Part shown: piece after piece, positions 50,901 to 64,000 of the stretch | How the letters are laid out: every line of letters begins with the position of its first letter | How positions within the stretch are numbered: the stretch's first letter is position 1 | Assembly (NCBI RefSeq): GCF_964204645.1 | Contig: NC_134025.1 | Span: forward strand, 21,241,101 to 21,305,100 | Direction of reading: 5' to 3' | Source of the DNA: Tubulanus polymorphus | Lineage: Eukaryota; Animalia; Nemertea | Length of the DNA: 64,000 nt | Notes under the pieces: model-generated | What the model was told of the DNA's origin: nothing | The model's database searches: none | The model's input: the letters and a program-made list of their open reading frames with translations, nothing else | Translations under genes and position numbers: made by a program

Positions 50901-53900
50901 AACAAGGTATCATTTTTGTTTAGCCTAATTGATACATGTATACAGCGAACCCTACTTTTATCCTGGTTATCCTTGACCAAAGAAATTAATCCAGTTTATA
51001 AGAAATCAGGATTAAGCAGGGTTAACTGTAGTTACTTACGGTACTGTGAAAATTTCTACTGTGGGTTTTCATTTTTACCCATAAGTATTCGGTAATATCA
51101 TGTACGACGCATATTGATTCTAATTGATTGGTTTTTTTAAATCAGAGTCTATGAATCGCAAAATCACCAGGCAGCCGAAATCAAACAAGAAGTAGAAGAT
51201 CATCTAGCCGAAAAAGAACGTTTGGAGCAAATCATACCGAGCAACATCGTGATCGGTCCGTTCTATGTCAGCACCGAGAATGTTCGTCAAGGTTTAGCGA
51301 AGAAACGTAAGGCTTTAGCCAATGCTGTATTGGAGTTACTTGCAAGACAACTGAGAAAGCAAGCAGATGATGTAAGTCTAGAAATTATGCGCATCTAATT
51401 TGATAAGTAGTGCTTTTATGTTAACGTACTTTGAGGCAACCTGCCCTAGAACACATAGTGCAATGGGGATCTACCACAATTGAAACCAAAGTTTCATAAA
51501 AATATTCAATTAATCCCTTAAATCAATTCGATCGAAACTGAAAAATTGCCACTTTTTGTGGCACTGAACCCAGAAGACATGCTTTCAGTCATGATCATAG
51601 TTAGTTCTCAATTTACGAATCTTAAGATTTTCTGATATTGCATAATGTAAATATTTATCGAGTGAACTATGGGAGAATATTAGTATTATTAACATGGACA
51701 TACTTGGAGAAGTCACGCACGAAAAAGCTTCTTTTTTTTTTCGCTTGCTATTTAGCATGATGCAAAAGTTTGATTTGCAATTTTGCAAACAATTTTGCCA
51801 ATTACTTCGATATTCATTTGCAAATTTTAAGGCTTGCGAAGAATTTAAAGCGATCAGTCGTAAACTGTATGAAAAGCCAAACTGCGTGGAAGAATTATCG
51901 GAAATGAGAGAATGGATGAAAACGATACCTGACAAGTTACAGGAACATCAAGAGGTCATAGATAAAGCCATGTCAGATTATGAACTGATTGAGGAATTCT
52001 ACTATAATCTCTCGACTGATGATTTCAATGCCAAGTAAGTTTCATGTACCTTACAATCAATTGTAGTATTGCAGTATTGTAGTGTGTATTTATGATGAAT
52101 CCAGGGCCATACCTAGCATTTGAATGTGGGATGGGGATGGCAGTTACCTATAATAAAAAAGCGATATAATGATTCTTCTAATTTGCCCTTCTGATATGCT
52201 CTTTTGGGTTTATGACAAAATACTTGTCAGTCCCAAAAGTGAAGGGTATTGCAACTGCCTCCCTACCTCCTGCTATGTACAGCCCTGGAATGATGCTTGG
52301 ACTTCAGCAAGTTTATGGTCGCCCATCATTTTTCGAAAATTCATTTTGAATGAGTAAAGGGTACCAAAGCTATGCTGGCAACCAGTTCCATGGGTTAAGT
52401 CTTTAAGTTTTAAGTCTTTTTAACGTTTTTAACTTTTCCACAAAATTGTACTCTAGAGCACCAGTGAACATTACTATTTTCGTACAATTATTATAGATGG
52501 ACAACTATCGGTTGGGCTCACAAGATTGAGTTGCAAATGGAGCAAACTTACACTCAGCTCGAAGAAGATGAAGAACGCTTCCACAAACTGCAAATGTCCG
52601 ATCAAGCTAACTTCAATGATAGACTGGATACACTGCAGGTAATGTCCGAAAATTATATTCAATATACTCAATAAAATTTGAGTATCACTGATTACACATG
52701 TTGAGGATATTGGTACTTGATACTGGAATCAGAGACAATCAGTAAATGGTTTTTCCATGAGCTTAAATAAGTAAAAGTAGTTGTTTTTCTGATTTCAGAT
52801 GGTTGTGGCAGGTATGGCCGCATACACTGATATCAACAAGGCTCACGAGGTCGCCAACGAAATCCGCCGCGTACATCGTCAACTCAAAGAAGCTCAACAA
52901 CTGGCCGCCACCTATAACAATCGTGAAAGATTATTCGGAATGCCTGTCACAAACGTACGTACCTACAACAAAGCGTTCATCGGTTCAACTTTGTTTCCGA
53001 TGAAAAACACGTTGAATGTTACTTTGCCACATTAAATCAGGGTTCTTACGGGTTTTGGAAAGTCTTGCTAAGTTTTGGAAAATGGGGATTTGTTTCCAGG
53101 CCCTCGAAAAGCTTCGAAATTCTTTTCTCTATGGCTATGGAAAAGGTATAGAAAATCAGAAAATGGTCTCCAAATAAAATTTGCCTTCTATTTTGAATTA
53201 AAGGCTATGTGCCTAAATGTTGTTCTCCACATTTGAAAACAAAATTTATGGAAATACTCTATCAATGGTATTGATAATTGGCACTTATTTACTTTGAATA
53301 AGCCTACATTGCCGTTCTAAGTTGGCAATGTGTAACTTTGGTTGTACCGGTATGGGAAATTTATAATCTGGGTAGGGCCTATGGAAAAACTGTGGAAAAG
53401 TTATGGAAAATGAAATTGGGAAACCTGTTAGAACCCTGTTAAATGTATACAACTCGTGCTAGGATATTTTCTATTATGCATGAATTCCGGTTTCATGAAT
53501 TCCTATATAGATAGAGAGAGCGCTTTTAGCCGTTGTCATGAACATGTAGTAGTCAGGATTATTCTTCATTAGCTAAAGCAATCTACTCTACGTGTAGTTC
53601 ACATTATATGATCTTTGAATTAGAAATTCGCCACCAATTAGTTAGCTAAAATGAATAGGATGTCAACAGTAAGTTAGTGGTTAGTTGCACACGTTACTGT
53701 GTGTTAAGAATTTAGATTTTCAATCACTTCATACACATTTGAGTTGATTGATTAAAATGGTCACTTTGATATAGGGTTGATAGTGTCTGTTCTCTGTTGC
53801 TCTCTGTCTGTCAGACTGGCGGTTTTCAGTTGATAGTAAGTTAGTTATCTTCCAGAATGAAAAGCATGTCGTTCACTCTAGCCACTACCCGGACTTCAGC

Positions 53901-56900
53901 CATTTCTAGTTCGATCATAAAAGATTTCCACGCCGGGCCAGATTCTGCAGTAGTGCTGGGGCACATGCTGACCTTTTCCTCGATAAAAACCCAATTTCAA
54001 CTCTTGAGGAAGATATTTCCCGAATGATTTTGTTGAGAAAAACTAAGAAATTTGCATCCCAGAAATATTTCCCAAAGACTTTTTTTTTTTCAAAATTTTG
54101 AAACCTTCCTAATATGCTGTAAATTGCTTAAGTGCTGTAGGCACCACAAGTGCCCTGTCTACTATGTCCATATAGATCAGCCCATGGCCCAAACCTCAAG
54201 AATATCATTGCGAAATCTCAACCATATATTTACGTTGTTGAATTATCACTAAAGGAAAGAACCCGCCAGACTCCTCTATCCTGTTAATTTGCTAATGATT
54301 TTTAATTTTCTCATTTTTCATTCTCTACTTAACCGTCGTGAATCAATCAACCATTATCTGAGTGGGAATCTTGGAGTCCTGTGTCAAGCCTTGACGATTT
54401 GTCTGCTATGATAGTCACTATACTAGCTTTTCTTCGTAAAATCGTTCCATTGGGTCTCGGCATCGATTCTCGGAATATTTAGCGAAAGTTATGTTGAACC
54501 TAGTGGGCGATTTTAGCGGAAAAGATGGTTATACCAATTCACCAACGGTTGAACCTTGCACTCCATGTCATCATCAACAAGCACATTTTAGAACATTTAG
54601 TAAGAACCGCCACAATCAATTAGTTTCTCTAGGATGATGAACACAGTTTTTCCCTGCATACCTTAACAACTTGTACATGATATCACAAAAACCTTGGTCT
54701 TGATCGTTTGGCTTCAACGAGTTTCGGTCCCAGCATCGAAAGCATTGAAATGAATAAACATGTTCTATACACCTAAATGCAAGTTTTAACCTACCAGTAA
54801 GAGTCTACCGAACTATGGTACATGGATGAGAAATAGTATTTCATCTAAATCATGTCTAAGGTCTGCCGGGATTTAAACTTGATGGCATCGGGAGACTCGA
54901 CTATGTCATTGACCCCTGTCTTATTAGCTCCACCAACCGTGCACAACCGTTTGCATACTTGTGCACCTCTGCCACATGAAAATGGTTTGGAATACCTGCC
55001 GAGGGAAGGTGGTCTATTGTTGGTTGGGCAAGATTTTCATCTAGCTCAAATATTAACATCTATTATCAGAAAATTATCATTGGGATATTCCTGACTTCTT
55101 CCCGGAACTTGAAATTGGTCAAGAGTAAGATATTTTGTGATAACATTTGCAAGTTTCCACTACATTTTATATATATTGCACTTACGTAGTTAAACTTTCA
55201 TATATTGTATACATTTTATATGTGTGCTGCGTGTATTTTAATGGTTCTAATTGTGAATATTTTATCATGAGATCGCGTGTCAAGCGCGTTCACTGGATTC
55301 TCAGTGAAACGTAAATACATTATCGTAATCGGTCCAAGTGTAGCAAACCTACAGCAATGAATTATCTATCCATGTAGTACTTCTAGAGCTGGCGTCACGA
55401 ATGAGAATTAAGTTTTTAATTCCAATTAAACAGCTTATTCGAATTAGATATTCGAATTGAATTGATACTCTTTAATTAACGATCTTTCCTTAATGACCTC
55501 GAGTTTAGAAATAAGAAAAACCCAAATTCACTTGTTTTTCATATCCTTCCCTCATTTGTGTATAATAGAAATGAAGAAACCAAGGTACGTTATGCTGTAT
55601 TGAAACCTGGTGGATTGCAGTTAACTGAAAAAGAATGTTTCAAAGCTATGAATAGCAATGAAGAAGACTTAAACCATCAAGTTTTCAGCCTTCCTTTAGC
55701 GTAGTAGAAAATAGGGAAGAGCTGAATTTTTGGTTACATCGAAGTACTCATGTAGTAGTTTACCATTCCTCCTTAGTTAGTACCGTTGTAAGAGAAGCAT
55801 CCCTACACCATGCTTTTGTATATACAGTAAAACCTGTTGATCTGAATCAGTTTTATCAGGATTTGTATCTAATCCTGACGTTATTTACAGTCCATTTGTA
55901 TAGAATGATAAGATCTTTTTTGTATAGAATAATAAGATTTTTTTTATATCCAGGTTTTACTGTATGTACATGTATATATTAATCAGTAGTATATATCCCT
56001 CATCACGTTGCCGCTTTTGCTTATATTTGTGTGTTACGCAATCGTTATTATTGTAGTACGACAAGCTGACACGGCTTGTCAAGGACTTCGAACCGTTCCG
56101 CAACTTATGGTTAACCGTGTCCGATTGGCTGAAGTGGCACGAGAGCTGGATGAACGACCCGTTGACTTCCATCGACGCCGAAAACCTCGAGAAAAATGTC
56201 AGCGAAGCGTACAAAACCATGCACAAATCTGTGAAGATATTCGCCGATATACCTGGTAAATATTAGCGTGTAGGCCTATGTATTGAAGATTGCTGGATTC
56301 CATGAATCAGAAATATGAAGCAGATACCTTCAATTCAAAAGAAATGAAATTCATCCTCAAACTTAAGCAGCCCCGTGTTCACACTAGTGCCAGTGTTAGA
56401 ACTGCCTTTCTATTTTGCCTGTAACTGGATCGGACCAATGTCGAATGTACCAAACTGGAGCTGTGCGCTCATTCGTGTTTTTAAATCACCCGTTATCAAT
56501 GGCGCAATTAGATACGACACTGTGATCGACAGGCAATTACAAGCGAGGGTTACTATAAATTGCATTGAAATTGTCCATTCAGATACGGTACAGCCTAGAA
56601 AATGACCTAAGTCGTCTTTTGGTTTGAAATAGGGACACCTGGACTACTAGTGATGGTTCATACATGATATGCATCTTACCAGGGTTGTGTGTGTCTACGA
56701 ATAATGAATCGTAAAGCATTTTGAACTACATTAGACCCTGCATAAGCCAACACATTTGCAACCAACGAAATTAATATGGTTTATGTGAAATCCAGCCTAA
56801 ACATCATATTTTACATACATTTATGTTTAGGTGGACTGTAATGATATTACCTGGATTAAATCAAAATCATTAGATTAAGATCATTGGATCACTGGATCAA

Positions 56901-59900
56901 GATCATTGGATTACTGGTAGATTAAACTGATCAGAATTAAAGCGGGTTCGAATGTAAAACCGAATGCCGACAAAAACTTAGGTTAACTTCTAAGCTGTAC
57001 CATACTAATTTCTATTTTCCCTCTCCATGAAGTAAAAAGTTTTACCCCCTTGCCGTTTCGTCATATTTGGTAGATATGCATTGATCGATTATTGAGATAC
57101 GTGATAAATAAAGATAATTATTGTTTACCTACACATGCTGGGCCCATCGGTTGCACTGTGACGAGGAGGTGGCCATTGGTTTGTATCAAATAATGTTGTA
57201 CGCATGCCTTTCTTCATTCACTTTTATTACACCAAATACAAGAAAATTTGATATTACCATAGTTACATTATCATAGGAACAGTGTGTATGTTCATTTTTT
57301 GGGATGGACAAAGATATCCCCAGTAAGCTTTGATAGAATTAAGTATTAGCCAAATTAGCTTGCTGTTATTATGTAGTTTGAATGTAGAAAGCAGAACTAT
57401 TGCAGAGACACATCACATTGTGGCAGTTATTTTGACGTACTTATGCATGTTTATTTGACAGGTTTACTGAGTAGCCATTTGTATTTCCTTATATTTCTCA
57501 TCATGGATATTTTAGCATGTTTTAGATAATGCAATATTAAGATTTTTGGTCTTGTGATAGTTAGATAGATGTGAATAGAATCAAAATAAGTGAGATTGCA
57601 ATTTGGCTGTATTTTCATTAGTTGTGAGATATAACACTTTGCAGGTATCAATCTGCAGCTTTGAATCAGCTTTTCATTCACTATTGTAGTTTGAAGCCAC
57701 TTTATAAATGTGTTTCTAATGTTAGCATAATTTGTTAGTTCATTTTCAGTTCATTGTCGAAGTTGTGATAGAGAGGGGATAGGTTCAAGCGGCAGATTGA
57801 TGCCTGTATGAGATCTGATTCTGGAGCCAACTAGTTGCGAACAAAATTTTTTCACTATCAATTCTAAATCCAACCCACAACTGTAAAACCTGAATTTATC
57901 AGTCTATGTAATGCTCATTTAATTTTCATTTCCCTCAGGTGTACAAGAAGTGGCTACGGAGATCAAAGGTTTCATCGAAGACTTCCGTCCGTATATTCCG
58001 CTCATACAAGGATTACGTAATCCCGGTATGAGACATCGCCATTGGGAACAACTGTCCGCAGAGATCGGTATATCGGTCATGCCGAAAAAGGAATTGACGT
58101 TCAGCAAATGTTTGGAGATGAAAGTTCAAGACCACATCAGCAGCATAACGAAAATAGCGGAAGTTGCCGGGAAAGAGTACTCAATCGAACAAGTAAGAGA
58201 GGGTGCCTAGTCTTAAATTCAGGAATCAGTTCTGCAATTGTTCATTGAATTTTGCAATTAATCGCAAATCAGGATTCGGAAAAACATCCACTCTTGACAG
58301 CCGGGACCCAGCTTAAGTTTTGCTCGCTAGTCAAATTCCTTAAGTTAACTTGGATTCACAGTCAAATTTCCTGAAGTAAAATTTGATTCAAAGCTCACTT
58401 TTTATTAGAGTCAGTTAAACTGGTAAATGAAACTACGGTCATAGGCTAACTGAAACTATATTTGACTATAATAACTGTCAAATGAATCACAGGTGGTCCT
58501 GTTTCTCATTTCATATGAAATGATGTAAACAGAGCTGACAACTCTTCCTGATTGTCAGGGACAAAATGGACTCACTATCCCTTATGGTATTTGTTATGCT
58601 ATTGAAAATCTCTTGGTGTCACTGAAACAATTTTCTACTGTCCCTCTGAAAATAGTTCAGATTACTCATTTTCCTTATCGCGCCCTGAAAATTGTTTTTT
58701 TTTTGTACCAGATGTGGTAAATTGATAGGTCTGCATGTCAGTCTTTTTGGGTCTCAATTTGTTTTTCTTTTGCATAGGCTTTGGACAAGATGGAAGGCGA
58801 ATGGAAGCCAGTGACGTTCGACATCATGCCCTACAAGGAGACTGGCACATACATCTTAAAGACGTCAGAAGAAACGTCGCAGTTGCTCGACGATCATATC
58901 GTCATGACTCAAAGCATGTCGTTTTCACCGTTCAAGAAGCCGTTCGAAGAAAGAATCAGTTCCTGGGAAAACAAACTGCGAACAACACAGGTAAGATTTT
59001 TTAGAACCAAATGTCGGCGATAAAACATAGATATTTTGGAAAGGGTTTTGATTCCAAAGTTGTTTGGGATGCAAACGAGGGCTATAGGGCTTATTCAAAA
59101 AGTGTGTCTGCCAAGACAAAATCCAGTTATTTGGGGAAGTTGTGGAGACGTTTTTGAATTTCCCAGATACTTTCAGTGTCTATGCAATGATCAAAGATAC
59201 TGTTATTGAATTATATTAACTTATTCAACTTACTTAATTAACTTGATTATTGAATTAACTAAAATCAAAGATGCTGGGATCATGCTTATCACTGTTGTTG
59301 CTGTTCCCAAGGCGGTGATTGATTATCTTAACTGATTGTCTTTTTTTAACGGTAGGACGTACTCGATGAATGGTTGATGTGTCAACGATCCTGGCTTTAT
59401 CTCGAACCGATCTTCAGTTCAGAGGACATCAACAGACAGTTACCAGTGGAGTCTAAACGTTATCAAACGATGGAGCGAATCTGGCGTAAGATCATGAAGA
59501 ACGCCAAGGAAAATCCTGTGGTAAGATGCACTTATGGAAATAGATATTTCTTTTGCTCTTTACAAGAGCTGTTCTTAGGAGTTACTATACACACACTTTC
59601 ATAATCCTAATGCATACAGCAAACCTGAAACACAGGCTTTTCTGGGTGTTTTTGTGACTGGTTTGGGTAAATGATTTCCCCTTTTGCTGGTACATGTTTA
59701 GCAACAGACTTTTTGCGTGTTGCTTAACATGTAAATCCCTTAATAGAGATGAACCACTTGAAATTGATTTTGAATGACCTACCTTATCAGTGTTTCAAAT
59801 AAGTTGTTCGAATAAGCTTGTTGATGATTTGAAATCGGTAAGAATTAAAACACTTGTCCAGCGATAGGCCGATCGATACAACAAATTGGTTATGATTTTG

Positions 59901-62900
59901 ACTAATGGCATCAATGGTAAAACATTTTCCAGTTATGAATACTTGAAATTTGAGACAATTCTAGAGAACTGTGAATATATTTATTGTTCATTTTAGGTCA
60001 TTCAACTGTGCCCAGATGCCCGTTTATTGGACAATCTACGTGAATGTAACAAACTGCTCGACCAAGTACAGAAAGGTCTCAGCGAATATCTGGAAACGAA
60101 ACGTAACGCTTTCCCGCGTTTCTACTTCCTGTCCGATGATGAACTGCTCGAGATCCTGTCGCAAACCAAAGATCCCACGGCGGTACAACCACATCTTAGA
60201 AAGTGCTTCGAGAATATTGCTAAGGTAACGTATCAGAAAACGTATATTTCATTTTTGTGTGTCCCTATGGGTGAATCCTTAAATCCCATCCACCACAGGA
60301 CTGAACTTAGTTTATTGTTGTTAGGGGCCAAGTCATATAATATATATGATACACCAGTATATTATTCAGTCAACTCAGCTGATTATCCACTACACTTGGC
60401 ACCAATGTCATTTCGGTAGATGATCGATTGAAGGTGGCATATAGCTAAACATCATCTTGATTGATTTATGAACCTAAATCTTGTTAATTGCGAATTGAAA
60501 TTTTTGTTAAAAGCTAGAGCACCGCATAATCAAATAATGGAGGGTCGAACGCATGCATAAACATGGAATTTCGAGATTTTCTCAAGAAATGGCATCAGTG
60601 TTTATTTGTACCAGGAAAGACCTATGGTAGCTGAATGGTTTTATAAGAAACGTGGCCATTTAACAAACTTGGTGCGAATAATCGAGTGATCTTCTATTAA
60701 ACCCGACGTCAGCTTCTTGGAATTGGTTCTACAATTGATGATTAAATCCAACTATAGAGTCAAATTAGTCTTTTTTTCAGTCTAAGATAACGCAAGAGTA
60801 ATATTAAGCCTGTGGACTAGGTCCTAGTCACTGTACGGAATTGGGGTTGTAAACGTCCTCCCCCGGCAGGGATTCGAACCTGATGGCATCGAGATTGCCA
60901 CGGCACGAAACCCTGCCATAATCGACCGTGTGCGCAGTTACATGCGCAGTTCAGATGATGTGATTTTTAGCCAATCAGAAATCCCGTTTTATTTTAGCCC
61001 GGGTTTTCCCATTTATAGTTCTTCCTTTAAATTTGCCTCAACGATTATACAACGAGCAATCTGATTGGTGCTGCCAGTTTTCATTCGGAAAGCTGCGCAT
61101 ATACCTGCGCACCCGGTCTACTGATGCAGGGGTTCGTGCCGTGGCTGAGTGTAGCGATGCCATCAGGTTCGAGTCCCTGCAGAGGGAGGATGGGTTGTAA
61201 AAAGCTAGCAGGCTTGCATGATATATACATATACATTAGAAATGATGACGATATGAATCTTTATTTCAGTTGAAATTCGAAGACGATCTGAAGATATCGT
61301 ACATGTATTCTGCAGAAGGCGAAGAAGTGCCGTTCAAAGAGGTTATGTATCCATCGGGTAACGTGGAAGATTGGTTGCTTGAGGTCGAACGCGTTATGAA
61401 AGAAAGCTTGCGGCAGATTATCAAGGAATCGCTGAAGAACTATGTCGAGGTACACATCAACTGATAAGTGATAGATATGTTTACTTGCTACAATGTAATC
61501 AGGCACTGGTTCGTCAAAGATTGTTTTATCGTAAATTACTAGTAATTAGATGATTGGAAATATATTGACGCATCTTAGATACCAGGGTCTGCGGCCGGTT
61601 GCTTAAAAAGCTAGTTTGAGTTGACTGGTGGAGAAATATCATGATAATAATGCAATTTCAAGTGTCACCATGGCATTTATCTGCTGGTTATCTCTAACCA
61701 ATTTTTCAGCTACTACTGACTCAGTTCCAGATCCAGTTCCACAGTTCTGAGTTAAATTTGACCCCAGAATTAAAAAGATGAACTGATTTTAACTCAAGAT
61801 TTAATATCGAGCCAGTCCAGGTGTTTTAACTGTAAAACCACCCATCAACTCGATCGATATTAAGTAAACCCCCGGGTGGAAGTTAAAACTTGTCTTAAAA
61901 ACTGGGTTTTTAATTTGTGAGATTGGCTATAGATCCAACAAATCCCATGTGAAGGTGTTTTCAATTTCAGCTGTGAAATATAAAACAACCAGTGAATAAC
62001 TGCCGGCCACTCAATGTCTAACTCTGAATTAGCATGAATTAACAATTCAACGATTCGTTGTTGAAATTTTAGGTCAAACGAACTGATTGGGTATTGAACT
62101 GGCCTGGTCAAGTTGTCATCGCTGGTAGCCAGACGTTCTGGACAACGGATGTGACAAAAGGTTTAGAAGACAACGCCCTAAAAGATGTCTATGACTTACA
62201 GCTTCAACAGGTCGGTAATGCGGATGATGATAGAAATTTTACTTGTTTTCTTTATTTTTGATTTGTTTGAATACTTTTAAGTGTTTTATGCCATTTGTTT
62301 TGTTCCACCTTAACTATTCAACTTTCTGCGCCCTCTGTGGAGTTTAGCACGAGGTAACCTCGCTTCAATCACTGGCATTTATTGACTGGCACTAATTATC
62401 GATAGTGCATGGCGTCAAAAAGAAATATCTTCTTCCCTAGTTCAGTGGGATAAGGCGTGATACTGTTGCATTCACAACTATCAGCTTTGAAAGAATGATA
62501 AATAAGTTTAAGTTCTGCTTACTGCTTACAATGTATGGGCAACACTTCAAAAGCAATCTTGTCGTTAGGTTAAATGAACAATCCAATAGACAATAGAGTT
62601 GGTCTTAGGAAACCAAGATCCTAACCACGTAAAGCGAGATAAATGAAAAAGAAATGAATGAAATAAAATCGCATGGATTTGAACTTTATGGAATTTGGAA
62701 TTCATAATTGGCTGGAATATCATATTCAGATGGTTGAATAATGATTTCGCCAATCATTCATTGATATACGTGTTATGTATTGATGTACAAGTTGTAGACT
62801 ATCTAAAATGCTTTATGAATATCCACAGCAAGGTCTTGCATATATCACGTAAGATGACACACTTCGAAAAACAAGTCTTAATCGAAATCTATTATTCGTG

Positions 62901-63926
62901 TGGATTCGGTTACATGAAAATACTGATGCAATCATTCAATACATCGATTAAAGATTTTACGTAATCAGTGCAAATATTTTGACTATCTAAATGGTTATGG
63001 ACCCTTTTACAAAATATGAACGCTTTCCTATTATTGCCTACTCCGATCGGATCGTTAGGCAGTCATGTTTAAACGAAGAGACTATTGATCCAATATCTAG
63101 TTGACAATATACATCATATGGGATTTCGGAGGCAGCTATCTTTTATGGCTGATCTGTATATTCACTGTGAATTGTTATGTACGTGTTGTGTTTCGTTGTG
63201 TTTAGTTGGATGATCTGAGGAATCTGGTGCGTGGCGATTTGAGTAAGATGCATCGTTTGATTCTGTCTGCCTTAATCGTTGTCGAAGTCCACGCTCGTGA
63301 TGTGATCGTGAAAATGTTACAAGAGGATGTGAAATCGGTCAATGATTTTGAGTGGATAAGTCAGTTACGGTGAGCTGGGTGCATTTTTCGATCCTTTGCT
63401 ATGATAAACCCACTTCTGAAAGTTCGGAAATGAGTTGATGTAGTTATCGAATTCAGATCTAATGATTCATCAACCTAAAATTTTGTACCAGATAAGAGAA
63501 CTTGAATAATTTCATACTGGATATAACAAACCAACTACGTATAACAAACAGATTTTCTGGTTTTTTTAAGGTCGTTGTAAAATGGTTCCAGTCAATGTAT
63601 GTTTTAAATATCATGTATTTGTAGTTATTATTGGGTTGACGATGATTTGTACACAAGAGCTGTCAATGCAGAATTTTTGTATGGTTATGAATACCTCGGA
63701 AACAATGGACGCCTCGTCATAACCCCTCTGACGGATCGATGTTACCTTACGCTCACCGGTGCGCTTCATTTGAAATTCGGCGGCGCCCCAGCCGGACCGG
63801 CCGGTACCGGGAAAACGGAAACTACGAAAGATTTGGCAAAAGCCTTAGCCGTACAGTGCGTAGTGTTCAATTGTTCTGATCAGCTCGATTACATGGCTAT
63901 GGGTAAATTCTTCAAAGGTTTAGCAA
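41925..63926 (+). CDS. DNAH1: Dynein axonemal heavy chain 1 (inner arm), 5' part through AAA1; continues beyond the window
   Basis: Representative exons (approximate): 41925-42102, 44515-44602 ([27 protein letters not shown]1-type N-terminus), 45116-45408 ([26 protein letters not shown]), 46452-46704 ([15 protein letters not shown]), 48250-48547, 57940-58192 ([11 protein letters not shown]), 59356-59520 ([13 protein letters not shown]), 59997-60224 ([21 protein letters not shown]), 63626-63926 ([28 protein letters not shown] Walker A). Confidence 0.95.
50707..50926 (+). mobile_element. MITE family D, best-preserved copy
   Basis: TIR aggctaaaaaaaattgataccttgtttct / agaaacaaggtatcatttttgtttagcct, with three internal gacccggccg motifs. 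Confidence 0.75.
53038..53438. mobile_element. hAT-like MITE (CAGGGTTCT termini) with a 6-bp direct repeat
   Basis: TTAAAT|cagggttct...agaaccctg|TTAAAT, with subterminal tggaaaa repeats. Confidence 0.7.
55825..55962. mobile_element. pogo/Tigger-like MITE
   Basis: TA|cagtaaaacctg...caggttttactg|TA. Confidence 0.7.
60854..61192. mobile_element. Inverted-repeat element with a 9-bp TSD and tRNA-like (B-box) arms
   Basis: GGTTGTAAA at 60845-60853 and 61193-61201. The arms are reverse-complementary over about 130 bp, and each carries GGTTCGARTCC facing outward. Confidence 0.75.
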
Positions 63927-64000
63927 GGTAAGTTATCTACATGAAATATACAGTCCTTGTTGGAAAGAGCTAAATGTCGATTGATTTGTATGACCATATA

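Noticed and set aside
61130-61185. Genuine tRNA gene or hammerhead ribozyme
   Set aside because: No complete cloverleaf or anticodon arm, no intact CUGAUGA core, and the sequence is part of an inverted-repeat element.

Overview
AT-rich, intron-rich eukaryotic DNA with GT-AG introns and AATAAA signals. Gene content suggests a marine invertebrate, probably a lophotrochozoan (inference). All exons were reconstructed by hand. Gene order: a LINE 3' end; a 10-exon secreted CAP/CRISP-EGF-ShK gene (6882-11824, +); a multi-exon PDE10A-like GAF-GAF phosphodiesterase (12432-26313, +); an unusual 4-exon gene joining a CBM20 starch-binding domain to an Arg-rich tail (26439-28412, +); a (TA)n tract followed by a compact cassette of repeated palindromes, a TATA box, a 2-exon double zinc-finger gene and a GC-rich end (28612-30020); an SLC17/sialin-like transporter (30420-34797, -); a tandem birth-and-death cluster of small secreted prepropeptide genes with a C-terminal C-x-C-P-P-x-C-x-C peptide (about 35500-39200, -); and the 5' part of DNAH1 (41925 to window end, +) with an RFX X-box upstream. 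Introns carry many MITEs, some nested. The most novel items are the peptide-precursor cluster, the CBM20/Arg-rich gene and the zinc-finger cassette. No database searches were run.
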